Source of the DNA: Nitrososphaerota archaeon
Lineage (GTDB): Archaea > Thermoproteota > Nitrososphaeria_A > Caldarchaeales > Wolframiiraptoraceae
DNA: 24,000 nucleotides
NCBI GenBank assembly: GCA_021159365.1
Contig: JAGGRY010000006.1
Location: 1 to 24,000 of the forward strand
Direction of reading: 5' to 3'
How positions within the stretch are numbered: the first letter of the stretch is position 1; each line of letters opens with the position of its first letter. The position numbers and the translations under genes are program-made. The notes beneath the pieces were generated by a model. That model searched no databases. It was not told the origin of the DNA and worked only from the letters and a program-made list of their open reading frames with translations. Shown here piece by piece: positions 1 to 9,461 of this stretch.

Positions 1-7
1 TTTTCAG

Positions 8-1423
8 CTATTTATCGACTTCAAAGCTTATGAGCAGTGGGGTTGGAGACGGGTTCATTCTACCCAAGAAATAGAAGTGACCTTCTGGAAGAGTTAAGAG
101 AGTTTCAGGTGAGATGTAGTAGGATGCGGCGAGCTTTTGAGCTTCTTCAAAGTCTAGTGGATGAATTCTGCCTATAAATTGCGTGTTCAAGTTTCTCCTA
201 ACGGCTGAGTTTAATCCTATTTCACCGGCCATTCCCTGCGACAGGATCACTATCGACAATCCATAACTTCTACCCAATGCACAGAGATCTATTATCAAGT
301 CAGTCGTTTCCCTTTCAAGTCCTCTCGGTTGCCAAGGAGCATATTGCGGGCCTTCATCGATTATTAATGCTACATCTAGTCTTTGCTTTCTCTCCATCAA
401 TCTCTTCAAGTATCTCGTTATCGAGTAGAATGCTGCGAGTTTTTGCTCCTTCTCACCCTTACTCATATCTATCACGACTATTCCCTTATCCTTGGCCTCG
501 GCGAGGATCTCCCATGGTTCCATCGTTCCAAGGAACTTCTCTATCTCTTCCTCGGTTATTAATTCAAAGGAAGCCTCTAATCTCTCAAGCCAGAGCTGCC
601 CTGTCTCCGTCTTCTTTAATCTACTGCCCTCTAATTCGAGGATCGACTTAGCCTTTCTATAGAGTAGATCTCTTGCTTCCGAGGGAGTTCTCCCCCTCCA
701 TTCAACGGTTCTCAACGCTCTCTCAAAGGCGCTGGCAACAGGGTTCTCTTCTCTTCCATGATATCCGAAGTTCTTGGTGAGCTGGCTGAAGTAGCTTAGA
801 ACGGTGAAGTCATCGACCTTGATTTTATCTAGGAGGATTACGGGTTCAAAATATGGAGCGTAATCACTTCCCTTCCAATCCATTATTATCAAGCTATAGC
901 CAGCTTTTCGGAGAAGCGGTATTATCTCATATCTCGCTAGATAGGATTTACCCGAACCCGTTACGCCGAAAATCCCAATATGATAGTTTATGTATTGCTT
1001 TAGGATCGGAACTCTCCAATTAGGCCTGCCCCAATAGTGACCTATCGTCAGATCGGATCCTTTACTTAGAAGCTTCATGGGATCATCTTCATCGGAGAAT
1101 AATTCAACGATCGATGTAGGCGCAATTATCAACTTATTCTGCTCGATCCCATCCTCACCTACCGCCCCGATAACCTCAAGATTAAAGATGTAATATTCTT
1201 TGGCGCTGCTCGGAATTCTCCCCCTCCTCGCATAGGCGACGCCTGGATTGAAGCTCCCAGTCTTGACGTTTTCATTCAGTCCTCTACCGCCTCTACAGAC
1301 CGCCAATACATCTCCACCATTCTTATTCCTGATTATCACTAGGCTCTCATTCCTGACTTTCTTCTCCATTCCATCGTAGAGGATTACAGTCGCTCTAGAC
1401 TCGCTCGCACCGCTCGAAACCAT
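8..1423 (-). CDS. HerA-like / DUF87 family ATPase
   Basis: 471 aa ORF with Walker A GVTGSGKS, Walker B-like LDVALIIDE, N-terminal beta-rich region, and a C-terminal VRRNLNTQFIGRI segment typical of HerA/FtsK-type ATPases. Confidence 0.85.
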   Translation of the reverse strand: MVSSGASESRATVILYDGMEKKVRNESLVIIRNKNGGDVLAVCRGGRGLNENVKTGSFNPGVAYARRGRIPSSAKEYYIFNLEVIGAVGEDGIEQNKLIIAPTSIVELFSDEDDPMKLLSKGSDLTIGHYWGRPNWRVPILKQYINYHIGIFGVTGSGKSYLARYEIIPLLRKAGYSLIIMDWKGSDYAPYFEPVILLDKIKVDDFTVLSYFSQLTKNFGYHGREENPVASAFERALRTVEWRGRTPSEARDLLYRKAKSILELEGSRLKKTETGQLWLERLEASFELITEEEIEKFLGTMEPWEILAEAKDKGIVVIDMSKGEKEQKLAAFYSITRYLKRLMERKQRLDVALIIDEGPQYAPWQPRGLERETTDLIIDLCALGRSYGLSIVILSQGMAGEIGLNSAVRRNLNTQFIGRIHPLDFEEAQKLAASYYISPETLLTLPEGHFYFLGRMNPSPTPLLISFEVDK

Positions 1424-1670
1424 ACCTATCGGAATCGGCAGTTCAAGTCACCCCTCCATCTAAGAAAAATAAACGACGGGTATATAACGTTGGCAGGGTA
1501 TACCGAATGTAAACTCTGATAATAAGGTGATTGCATTCGAATCGTATAGTATTCTCACTTAACTCTCCTGAAAGATGGAATACCGACATAATGCTATAGA
1601 AGATAAGATGGTTTTCTAAAACGGCCTTCGGCTGATAAGACTTTTAAAGGATGATCTTAATGTCAAAAGC

Positions 1671-2054
1671 ATGAGCCTTAGGTCTGAGCTTGAAAACGCC
1701 TTAAAGGAGTTCGTAACCGCGACCGGCGGAGACATAGTCGGATGCGCGATAACGAGATCCGATGGACTACTCTTAGCCTCGACACCTCTAGAGGGAGTAG
1801 ATGAGAGGAGGCTGGCGGCGATGGGCGTGACTGCCGTCGGGATCGCTAAGAGGCTCTGTAAAGAGCTTAACAGAGGAGTTCCACTGAGGATGATGGTCGA
1901 GGGAAAGGGAGGGAATATTCTGATCGCGAATGTGGGTGAAGACTTATTCCTCATCGCTTTGACCTCGAAGAACCCCAACCTTGGACTCGTATTCCTGGAG
2001 ATGGATAGAATAGCTGAAACTCTGGCAGCGATCAGTAAAAGGAGGCAAAAATGA
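1671..2054 (+). CDS. Roadblock/LC7 domain protein
   Basis: 127 aa ORF; ALKEFVTATGGDIVGCAITRSDGLLLAS...NILIANVGEDLFLIALTSKNPNLGLVFLEM matches the Roadblock/LC7 pattern. Confidence 0.8.
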   Translation: MSLRSELENALKEFVTATGGDIVGCAITRSDGLLLASTPLEGVDERRLAAMGVTAVGIAKRLCKELNRGVPLRMMVEGKGGNILIANVGEDLFLIALTSKNPNLGLVFLEMDRIAETLAAISKRRQK

Positions 2055-2229
2055 GCTGGGCGATAATCCTGAAATTAGGATTATGAACCCCATAAAACAG
2101 CTTTACACCATTTAGAGGATTATCTTTAGAAGGATCATTCATTCTTCCACTTGAATATGATCAATAATGTTCCCCGAGGATATATGACGAGAGAAACATC
2201 TTAGAAACAGAATACTCTTTGAAGATGGA

Positions 2230-2343
2230 TGCGGGGGGCGGGATTCGAACCCGCGAACCCCTACGGGAGCGGGTTTCTAAATCTGACCAGCATTTATCAG
2301 GTTCTTAAGCCCGCCGCCTTTGACCTGGCTTGGCTACCCCCGC
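2230..2343 (-). tRNA. tRNA-Leu (anticodon TAA), type II, with ~29 nt intron in the anticodon loop
   Basis: Minus strand acceptor GCGGGGG/CCCCCGC + discriminator A; T arm GCGGG-TTCGAAT-CCCGC; anticodon stem GCGGG/CCCGC enclosing CTTAAG + insertion; variable arm TCCCGTAGGGGTTC. No encoded CCA. Confidence 0.9.
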
Positions 2344-2416
2344 TCCTAGATCTTAATTTTAGGCGGGTGAATTTAATATTTCAGGTTAAGGATTTTATCC
2401 TAGATCTTCTGATCTA

Positions 2417-3082
2417 ATGCTTGCCATGAGGATTCTTCAGGTGAGCGATATTCATGGAAGGCTTGAAAGAGTTGAGGAGATCGTTAAGAAGGCTGGAGAG
2501 GTTAAACCCGATCTAATAGTCGTGGCCGGCGATATAACTCACTTCGGAGACCTGGAAGATGCAGAGGAGATAATGGATAAACTATCCGAGGCGGGAATCC
2601 AGATCTTCTTCGTTTCAGGGAACTGCGATCCACCAAAAATGCTTAGCTGGCAGCCGAAGAACAAACTTGTCGAGAATCTTCACGGTAAATCTGTTGAATT
2701 TAGGGGTTTCATCTTCGTCGGGACAGGTGGCGGAAGCGGAAAGTTTGGAACGTTGACCGAGCTAAGCGAGGAAGAGTTTGAGCATATTTTAAGAAAATTC
2801 GTGGATCTCCCAGAGAACCTCATCTTCATAAGTCATAGTCCGCCCCATGGCCTCGAAGTAGACTTCACGGGATCAAAACATATTGGAAGCAAAGCGATAA
2901 GAAAGTTCGTCGAAGATCATCAACCGATTTTGATGTGCACGGGCCATGCTCATGAAGGCAGAGGGATCGTTAAGCTTGGAAGAACCGTCATAGTTAACGC
3001 TGGACCTGCTAAGGATGGATTCTGTGCAATCATAGATCTTGTGGATGGATCTGTTAGAGCTGAACTCTCAACCCTCTATTGA
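2417..3082 (+). CDS. Calcineurin-like metallophosphoesterase
   Basis: 221 aa ORF with DIHGR, GDITHFGD, GNCD and GHAHEG metal-binding motifs. Confidence 0.85.
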   Translation: MLAMRILQVSDIHGRLERVEEIVKKAGEVKPDLIVVAGDITHFGDLEDAEEIMDKLSEAGIQIFFVSGNCDPPKMLSWQPKNKLVENLHGKSVEFRGFIFVGTGGGSGKFGTLTELSEEEFEHILRKFVDLPENLIFISHSPPHGLEVDFTGSKHIGSKAIRKFVEDHQPILMCTGHAHEGRGIVKLGRTVIVNAGPAKDGFCAIIDLVDGSVRAELSTLY

Positions 3083-3837
3083 GAAGCCTGCTTCATGTAG
3101 GTCTCGATGTAGGTCACCTTCTCGATCCCCTCAATGTGGTCCATTAAATCTCTGGCCAAAGCTCTCTTAGCTACCTGAATCGCCGGTAATAGGAATGCTT
3201 CATCCGGAATAGTTATCCTGACCTCGGGCTTTCTCACCCTAATCTTGAATTTCTTAACGTCCACATCTGGGATTCTATAATGTATTAATGCCTTGATCTT
3301 CTCGTTATCGGTTGATAATATCTTGACGACCTTAACATAGCAATCGATGGTTTTTCCGGCGAGATAGGGGTTGAAGTCTATTTGAACTCTCCCAGATCCT
3401 ATGCTTCTAACTATACCCTCTCTACCATCGATCGTTATCCTGGATCCTATCGTTATCGGCCCCTCAACATTCTTCAACCTTCTAAGCGGAATAACCTTAA
3501 TCTTGGATGGATCTCGTGGTCCAAAAGCCTTCTCAGGAGGTATCTCGAATCTCTTCTCCTCGCCCGGCGCCATCCCGATTAGCTGCTCTTCGACTGATTT
3601 TAGGAGAAAGCCTTTTCCAGGAATCACCAATCTAGACTCAAATCTTCCCTCTTCGATTCCTTCTTTTTCAGCGACCTCTTTAATCGTCGTCTCTATGAGT
3701 TCGCCGTTCTCCTTGACTCTAAAGGTGTAATCTACGAGAACCAGGTCCCCTTCTTTGACTATTGGCTTCTCCTCAACGACCTCTCCACCCTTCTCAGTAG
3801 ATTCCTCGCCCGGCATGAATAATCGCAATATCTCCAC
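3076..3837 (-). CDS. FKBP-type peptidyl-prolyl cis-trans isomerase, long archaeal form
   Basis: 253 aa; GDLVLVDYTFRVKENGELIETT, LIGMAPGEEKRFEIPPEKAFG, insert-in-flap IGSRITIDGREGIVRSIGSGRVQIDFNPYLAGKT, plus a C-terminal extension. Confidence 0.88.
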   Translation of the reverse strand: MEILRLFMPGEESTEKGGEVVEEKPIVKEGDLVLVDYTFRVKENGELIETTIKEVAEKEGIEEGRFESRLVIPGKGFLLKSVEEQLIGMAPGEEKRFEIPPEKAFGPRDPSKIKVIPLRRLKNVEGPITIGSRITIDGREGIVRSIGSGRVQIDFNPYLAGKTIDCYVKVVKILSTDNEKIKALIHYRIPDVDVKKFKIRVRKPEVRITIPDEAFLLPAIQVAKRALARDLMDHIEGIEKVTYIETYMKQASQ

Positions 3838-3933
3838 ATAGCATTTACTTATTAAGCCTTATCCAGCGATCATAAACATTTTTATGAATCCTAGTTTAGG
3901 GAATATGTTGGTTGGAGGGTTCTCCAAGCCGCT

Positions 3934-4614
3934 TTGATGGCTGGGATGGACATGTTTTCTAGAAGATACAACATACAAGATAGGATTAAGGTCGGAACTA
4001 CGACCGTGGGCTTGGTCGTGAAGAACGGCGTCGCCTTAGCGACCGACACAAGGGTTACAGCAGGGTATTTCATAGCCCATAGGAAGGGTAAGAAGCTCTT
4101 CCCCCTCGCGGATTACGCGGCCATAACGATTGCTGGAAGAGTTGCAGATGCTCAGACCCTGATAGACTTCCTGAAAGCAAATATGAGATATTATCACACG
4201 TCTTGGGGTAGGATTATGCCCATAGCTTCGGCCGCGAGGCTCGCGGCAAACTTCATGTTCAGATCTAGATACTTCCCCTATTATGCACAATTAATCATAG
4301 CTGGAATCGATGATACTGGGCCGCATATGTTTAACGTCGACCTATATGGAACCTTAACTGAGGAGATCATAATCTCCACGGGATCTGGTTCCCCCGTAGC
4401 CTATGGAATTCTTGAGAGCGAGTATAGGGAAGATATGGATGTGGAAGATGCGGCGAAGCTCGCGTTCAAGGCCGTTGCAGCCGCGATTCAAAGAGATATA
4501 GGTTCTGGGGACAGCATCGACGTCGCGTATATTAAGGTTGGTGAAAAGTATAGGGAGTTGACTTATGAGGAGAAGAAGCCTCTTTACGCCCAGTTCGTTA
4601 AGACCGTTTATTAG
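3934..4614 (+). CDS. psmB: Proteasome beta subunit, with propeptide
   Basis: 226 aa; G|TTTVG processing site at residues 21/22, with Asp (TD) and Lys (GKKL) at catalytic spacing 17 and 33 from the mature Thr1. Confidence 0.93.
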   Translation: MMAGMDMFSRRYNIQDRIKVGTTTVGLVVKNGVALATDTRVTAGYFIAHRKGKKLFPLADYAAITIAGRVADAQTLIDFLKANMRYYHTSWGRIMPIASAARLAANFMFRSRYFPYYAQLIIAGIDDTGPHMFNVDLYGTLTEEIIISTGSGSPVAYGILESEYREDMDVEDAAKLAFKAVAAAIQRDIGSGDSIDVAYIKVGEKYRELTYEEKKPLYAQFVKTVY

Positions 4615-4629
4615 GATTGACTCAAGTTC

Positions 4630-6555
4630 ATGAGCTCGAAACCGCTTTTCTCACTTGACAGGCTTAGGCAGGACATCGCTAGATACTTTTCTGTCGTTAA
4701 CCCCATCGAATCCGGCGTTACAAAGATAGAGTTTGAAGGGCCGAGGATAGCGATCTATACGAGGAGCAGAAACGTCTTTTCGAGCAGAGATCAGATAGCG
4801 AAGGATCTCGTCACACTGATAAAGAAGAGAGTTGTGATAAGACCTGATGAATCTATCAGGATGAGTAAGGAGAGAGCTGAAGAGAAGATCAAGCAAGTCA
4901 TTAAAGGAGTTCAGGGACTGGTCTTTAACGAATTGATGGGCGAGGTTGTAGTGGAGATAGCTTCTGGAGTTGAACCACCGTCAGATGATGATCTAAAATC
5001 GCTAAGCTCGGAACTTGGATGGGTGATAAAGCTTGAGATGAGTCCGCCGATGAAGACGAAGACCATCGAACGCGTAAAGAAGATCATTTACGGCGATCCG
5101 CAGTATAGGCTTAAAGCTTTGAGGTTGATTGGAGAGAAAGTATTTAGAAATCAGATCTTTGAGACGACCGATGCTATGATAACCATTCTTGGATCAGGGA
5201 GGCAAGTTGGAAGATCCGCGATCCTCTTAAAGACGAGCGAGAGTAAAGTCCTCCTCGACTGCGGATATTCTCCAAGCGGTTCGAGAAATCTCGAGATGAT
5301 GCCCAGATTCGACATGATGGAAGATCTAGTAAGCGAATTGGACGCAATCGTGATAACCCATGCTCATCTCGATCACATGGGAATGGTCCCATACCTATTC
5401 AAATACGGATATAGAGGACCTGTTTACTGCACAGAACCAACCCTGCCGCTAATGTTGATGCAGCAGCTCGACTTCATTAATGTGGCTGGGAAAGAAGGAG
5501 CCTTTGCCCCATATAGTGAGAATGACGTTAGATTGGCTGTTCAGCACGCAGTTCCCCTGAAATATGGCGTCGTTACGAACATAACTCCGGATGTTAGGAT
5601 CACGTTCTATAATGCTGGCCATATCCTTGGGTCGGCGATAATCCACATACACATCGGCGAAGGATTCCATAACATAATCTATACCGGGGACTTCAAGTTC
5701 GAGAACAGTAGGACCTTGGATGCAAGCGTGTATAGGTTTCCAAGGGCCGAGACCTTGATAATGGAGAGCACTTATGGAGCGACGCCAATCCCATTCACCA
5801 GACAGGAGAGCGAGCAAACTCTCGCGGAATACGTTAAGAAGACGATAGAGGATGGTGGAAAGGTTCTGATACCCGTTCCAGCGGTTGGAAGAGCCCAGGA
5901 GATCATGCTCGTCCTAAACCATCTATTCACTTCTGGAGAGATACCTGAGGTTCCAGTATTCTTGGATGGATTAGTTGTGGAAGCAACGGCCATACATGCA
6001 GCCTATCCAGATTATCTTGGAAGAGAGATTAGGAATAAGATCGAAGAGCTTGGAAATGTCTTCATGAGCGAATACTTCACACCGATAAAGAGCATCCAAC
6101 ATAGAGACGAGGTTTTGAACATGCGCGAACCCGCGATAATCATGGCCACATCCGGAATGCTCGAAGGAGGCCCGATCCTAACGTACTTGAAGGAATTCGC
6201 TTCAGATGATAGGAACATCCTCATCTTCGTGAGCTACCAGGTCGAGGGAACTCTTGGAAGAAAATTGCTGAAAGGAGTGAGAGAATTCCACTTAATGGGT
6301 GAAGGAGGTAAAACGGAGCTCGTGAACGTCAAGCTTAAGATAGTTAAGGTCGATGGATTCTCAGGCCACTCAAGCCGACAACAACTCCTAGGATACCTTA
6401 AGGCATTCCAGCCTAAACCCAGAAATCTAATACTTGTCCATGGAGAGTATGATGCCGTTACAAGTCTAGCGAGAAGTGCTTCAAAAATACTTCCGTCAAC
6501 AAAGATATACACTCCTCAAAATCTTGAGTCTATAACCCTCGCGACTTACACCTAG
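4630..6555 (+). CDS. KH-domain/beta-CASP ribonuclease, archaeal CPSF1 (aCPSF1/FttA)
   Basis: 641 aa; N-terminal KH-like region, MBL motifs THAHLDHMG, IYTGDFKFE, ESTYG, beta-CASP motifs MATSGML and FSGHSSRQQ, LVHGE. Confidence 0.93.
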   Translation: MSSKPLFSLDRLRQDIARYFSVVNPIESGVTKIEFEGPRIAIYTRSRNVFSSRDQIAKDLVTLIKKRVVIRPDESIRMSKERAEEKIKQVIKGVQGLVFNELMGEVVVEIASGVEPPSDDDLKSLSSELGWVIKLEMSPPMKTKTIERVKKIIYGDPQYRLKALRLIGEKVFRNQIFETTDAMITILGSGRQVGRSAILLKTSESKVLLDCGYSPSGSRNLEMMPRFDMMEDLVSELDAIVITHAHLDHMGMVPYLFKYGYRGPVYCTEPTLPLMLMQQLDFINVAGKEGAFAPYSENDVRLAVQHAVPLKYGVVTNITPDVRITFYNAGHILGSAIIHIHIGEGFHNIIYTGDFKFENSRTLDASVYRFPRAETLIMESTYGATPIPFTRQESEQTLAEYVKKTIEDGGKVLIPVPAVGRAQEIMLVLNHLFTSGEIPEVPVFLDGLVVEATAIHAAYPDYLGREIRNKIEELGNVFMSEYFTPIKSIQHRDEVLNMREPAIIMATSGMLEGGPILTYLKEFASDDRNILIFVSYQVEGTLGRKLLKGVREFHLMGEGGKTELVNVKLKIVKVDGFSGHSSRQQLLGYLKAFQPKPRNLILVHGEYDAVTSLARSASKILPSTKIYTPQNLESITLATYT

Positions 6556-6896
6556 CCATGAACGACGAGCTTCATATGCTTCGGCAGAATTAAGAGTATC
6601 GGCCACCTGATCAGATATATACTCTCATCTGAAACCCTCTTTTTAAGCTCTGTTACGAATTCCCTTAGATCATTGAGACTGAGACCATCAAGAGATATGA
6701 GAATTACATTCATCTCTTCAACGGCTTTCCAGACATCATCAAACCTATTCAAACCATTCAGCCTGAAGTAGTGTATTCTTTCACCTACTTCCTTTTGACT
6801 CTTCCTCGACCTCTTTAAGATGCTCTGGACTTCATTCTCTATCTCCCTCAACATCCTCAACTCATCATCTAAGGAAGCCCGCTGCTCCATCATCAA
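6552..6896 (-). CDS. Small helical protein of unknown function
   Basis: 114 aa intergenic ORF on the minus strand, not shadowed by a better ORF; charged N-terminal helical region. Tail-to-tail 4 bp overlap with aCPSF1. Confidence 0.6.
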   Translation of the reverse strand: MMMEQRASLDDELRMLREIENEVQSILKRSRKSQKEVGERIHYFRLNGLNRFDDVWKAVEEMNVILISLDGLSLNDLREFVTELKKRVSDESIYLIRWPILLILPKHMKLVVHG

Positions 6897-7011
6897 CAGC
6901 GATCTCCACGTTCTTCAAGAAAAAGATAGCTCCCCTCAACGAAGCCTATCAGTCTCTAGAGATATTCAGCGAACTACTAGGGAATTATGATTGGAGATAT
7001 AAAAATTAATA

Positions 7012-7290
7012 TTGCCGATGAAGAACAATTCTCACGATTGGGGGAGGAGAATCTTGCCGAGTGATGTATCCTTGAAAATACTCTCCGAGAGCCTCGGAAA
7101 CACGGTGCTGGTGAGGCTAAGGAGCGGGAGAATACTTAGGGGGATCCTTCAAGGATATGATCAACACATGAACTTAGTCTTGGAGCAAGCTGAGGAGCTG
7201 AACGCGGATAATTCGATTCAGAGAAGGCTTGGAGTGATCGTCGTTAGAGGGGATAACGTCATAATGGTCTCACCGACGATTAAGGAGTGA
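7012..7290 (+). CDS. LSm/Sm-like archaeal protein (start codon uncertain)
   Basis: [42 protein letters not shown] ... [18 protein letters not shown] contains the Sm1 and Sm2 motifs. Confidence 0.92.
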   Translation: MPMKNNSHDWGRRILPSDVSLKILSESLGNTVLVRLRSGRILRGILQGYDQHMNLVLEQAEELNADNSIQRRLGVIVVRGDNVIMVSPTIKE

Positions 7291-7472
7291 TCTCCATGAC
7301 CAAGGGAACATCATCCTTCGGGAAGAAGAACAAGGTCGTCCATATAAGGTGTAGGAGATGCGGCCATCACTCATTTAACTTATCAAAGGGTAGATGCGCC
7401 CACTGCGGATTCGGAGAAACCAAGAAATGGAGAAAATACAACTGGATAAAACCCAAGAAGCTCTTAAAATAG
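7287..7472 (+). CDS. rpl37e: 50S ribosomal protein L37e
   Basis: [50 protein letters not shown] with CxxC...CxxC zinc ribbon; true start is probably the internal ATG at 7296. Overlaps the LSm stop. Confidence 0.93.
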   Translation: MISMTKGTSSFGKKNKVVHIRCRRCGHHSFNLSKGRCAHCGFGETKKWRKYNWIKPKKLLK

Positions 7473-7508
7473 GAAAAATTTAAGAAAAGCCCGCGACGAT
7501 TTAAAGCC

Positions 7509-7580
7509 GGGCCGGTAGATCAGTGGGAGATCGCCCGCTTGGCGTGCGGGAGGTCGCGGGTTCAAATCCCGCCCGGTCCA
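7509..7580 (+). tRNA. tRNA-Ala (anticodon GGC), no intron
   Basis: Acceptor GGGCCGG/CCGGTCC with the alanine-identity G3:U70 pair, discriminator A; anticodon arm CCCGC-TTGGCGT-GCGGG; T arm GCGGG-TTCAAAT-CCCGC. No encoded CCA. Confidence 0.95.
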
Positions 7581-7672
7581 ATACTTCAATAATCTACCCT
7601 TGATCTTCCAAATTCCTCTCGCGGCGAGCAATTATTAATTAGTGCGCGTTTTGATTTGTTGAAGGGATTGAG

Positions 7673-9187
7673 TTGAATTCCGGAATCTATCGTTCGAGGC
7701 TTGGGAAACCTCTGGATAAGGAAGCTGCAAAATTCCTGTCATCTATTAGAGATGATTCAGAAATCTTCTTAGAAGACATCTTAGGAGATGAGGCTCATTC
7801 GATAATGCTATATGAGCAGGGTATAATCGAACGCGAAGATCTCAAAAAGATCCTAAAAGCTCTTGAAGAAATCAAGGCTGAATGGCTGAGGGGGGAAATC
7901 AATCTTAAGGTAGATGGGTTTGAAGATGTCCATGAATTCATTGAGTCGCTTCTAATAGATAGAGTTGGTGTTGAGGTCGGGGGGAAACTTCACACGGGAA
8001 GGTCTAGAAATGATCAAGTCGCCCTCGACATAAGATTAAAGGTGAGGAAATATCTGCTTGAGATCTGGAATGAGCTTATCGATTTGATGGAGATCATCTT
8101 AACTAGAGCTGAGGAAGAAAAAGATACGCCACTAATATTATACACGCATCTCCAACATGCGCAAATCGGAAGCCTCTCCCACTACCTGCTGGCATTATTC
8201 GATCATCTGCTCAGAGATCTTGAGAGGATAGAGGATTGCTATAAGAGAGTGAATAAATCTCCACTCGGAGCTTCCGCCATAGGCGGCTCAATCCTCCCAT
8301 TAAACAGGGTTAGAGTCGCCGAGCTCCTCGGATTTGAGGGAGTTGTTGAGAATTCGATAGACGCTGTGAGCTCGAGGGATTTCGCGTTGGAATCGCTTTC
8401 AGCATCATCGATATTAATGACATTTTTGAGTAGGGTTTCAGAGGATCTCATAGTCTGGTCTTCAAGCGAGTTCGGGTATATTGAGCTTCCAGATGAACTT
8501 GCCTCTCCCTCAAGTATAATGCCCCATAAAAAGAATCCATGTTTACTTGAATTGATAAGAGCTAAGGCGGGAAAGATCTGTGGACTGCTTACAGCGTCTT
8601 TGATGGAACTTAAGGGAATTCCAATTGGATATAATCGGGATCTCCAGGAACAGAAATCACTGATTTTCCAAGGTTTAAAGGAGACCTTAGATATTCTCAA
8701 GATCTTCTCAAAGATCATGAAGGGCGTGGAGTTCAAGACTGAGAGAATGCTCGAGATCATATCCGGCAGCTATGCCCCAGCGATCGACTTAGCTGAAAAC
8801 TTAGTCAAATATCTACGGATATCGATTAGGGAAGCTCATATGATCGTCGGAGAGATTGTTAAGGAATTCGCGGAAAAGGGATTGAAGCTTAAAGACCTTA
8901 ATCAAGATACTATGAAGGATGTTGCGAGAAAGGTTTTGGGTAAAGAATTAGACATCCCGAACAACGTGCTCGAAATAATCCGAGATCCGTCAAAGATCCC
9001 ATCAAAGCGCGTAAGCATGGGAGCGCCGAATCCAAGAGATGTTTCAAGAATGATAGAAGATCGGAAGAATATCCTCAAAGAGAAAAAGAAGATCCTCAAA
9101 AATATTCTTAAAACGCTTGAAGAGAGAGAAGAAATGCTCTCAAAGACCATCAAATCATTTATAGAGGACGATTTAGCAAGTCACTAA
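7673..9187 (+). CDS. argH: Argininosuccinate lyase (TTG start)
   Basis: 504 aa; VGGKLHTGRSRNDQVALD, the signature SSIMPHKKNP, and ASAIGGSILPLNR. Confidence 0.95.
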   Translation: MNSGIYRSRLGKPLDKEAAKFLSSIRDDSEIFLEDILGDEAHSIMLYEQGIIEREDLKKILKALEEIKAEWLRGEINLKVDGFEDVHEFIESLLIDRVGVEVGGKLHTGRSRNDQVALDIRLKVRKYLLEIWNELIDLMEIILTRAEEEKDTPLILYTHLQHAQIGSLSHYLLALFDHLLRDLERIEDCYKRVNKSPLGASAIGGSILPLNRVRVAELLGFEGVVENSIDAVSSRDFALESLSASSILMTFLSRVSEDLIVWSSSEFGYIELPDELASPSSIMPHKKNPCLLELIRAKAGKICGLLTASLMELKGIPIGYNRDLQEQKSLIFQGLKETLDILKIFSKIMKGVEFKTERMLEIISGSYAPAIDLAENLVKYLRISIREAHMIVGEIVKEFAEKGLKLKDLNQDTMKDVARKVLGKELDIPNNVLEIIRDPSKIPSKRVSMGAPNPRDVSRMIEDRKNILKEKKKILKNILKTLEEREEMLSKTIKSFIEDDLASH

Positions 9188-9233
9188 CCAGGTAAAAATA
9201 TTCATCTTCAGGGAGGAAATGAGAAGGTTCCTA

Positions 9234-9337
9234 TGGGCCCGGTGGGATTCGAACCCACGACCTTCCGGTCTCTGCCAACCTTCCTAAAGGATCTTTGTTA
9301 TCAGCCGGACGCTCCAACCAGGCTGAGCTACGGGCCC
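9234..9337 (-). tRNA. tRNA-Ile (anticodon GAT), ~29 nt intron in anticodon loop
   Basis: Minus strand GGGCCCG/CGGGCCC acceptor, discriminator A; TCCGG-CTGATA...intron...A-CCGGA; T arm GTGGG-TTCGAAT-CCCAC. No CCA. Confidence 0.93.
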
Positions 9338-9461
9338 TATTGAATTTTCTCTATCTGCGGTCTTATATATTTTGATCGCTTTAGGTTTCCCTCTTCCTGT
9401 TAATGTATATGGCCCCTCTTCAAAAGAGAGCGTTATTTAAGCAAACATTTTCAACCGGTTT

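Noticed and set aside
277-651. 124 aa plus-strand ORF inside the HerA-like gene
   Set aside because: Antisense to the ATPase Walker B region; composition is typical of a shadow ORF.
1616-1978. 120 aa minus-strand ORF over the roadblock gene
   Set aside because: The plus strand clearly encodes a roadblock domain; this ORF is its Ser-rich antisense shadow.
2055-2229. Possible C/D-box guide RNA downstream of the roadblock gene
   Set aside because: CTGA and TTATGA occur, but no proper RTGATGA C box or terminal D box at the correct spacing could be found.
2229-2417. 62 aa plus-strand ORF overlapping tRNA-Leu
   Set aside because: The MRGAGFEPANPYGSG start is the classic false translation of an antisense tRNA T arm.
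8239-8760. 173 aa minus-strand ORF inside argH
   Set aside because: Lies entirely antisense to the strongly conserved argininosuccinate lyase, is Ser-rich/low-information, and has no recognisable domain.
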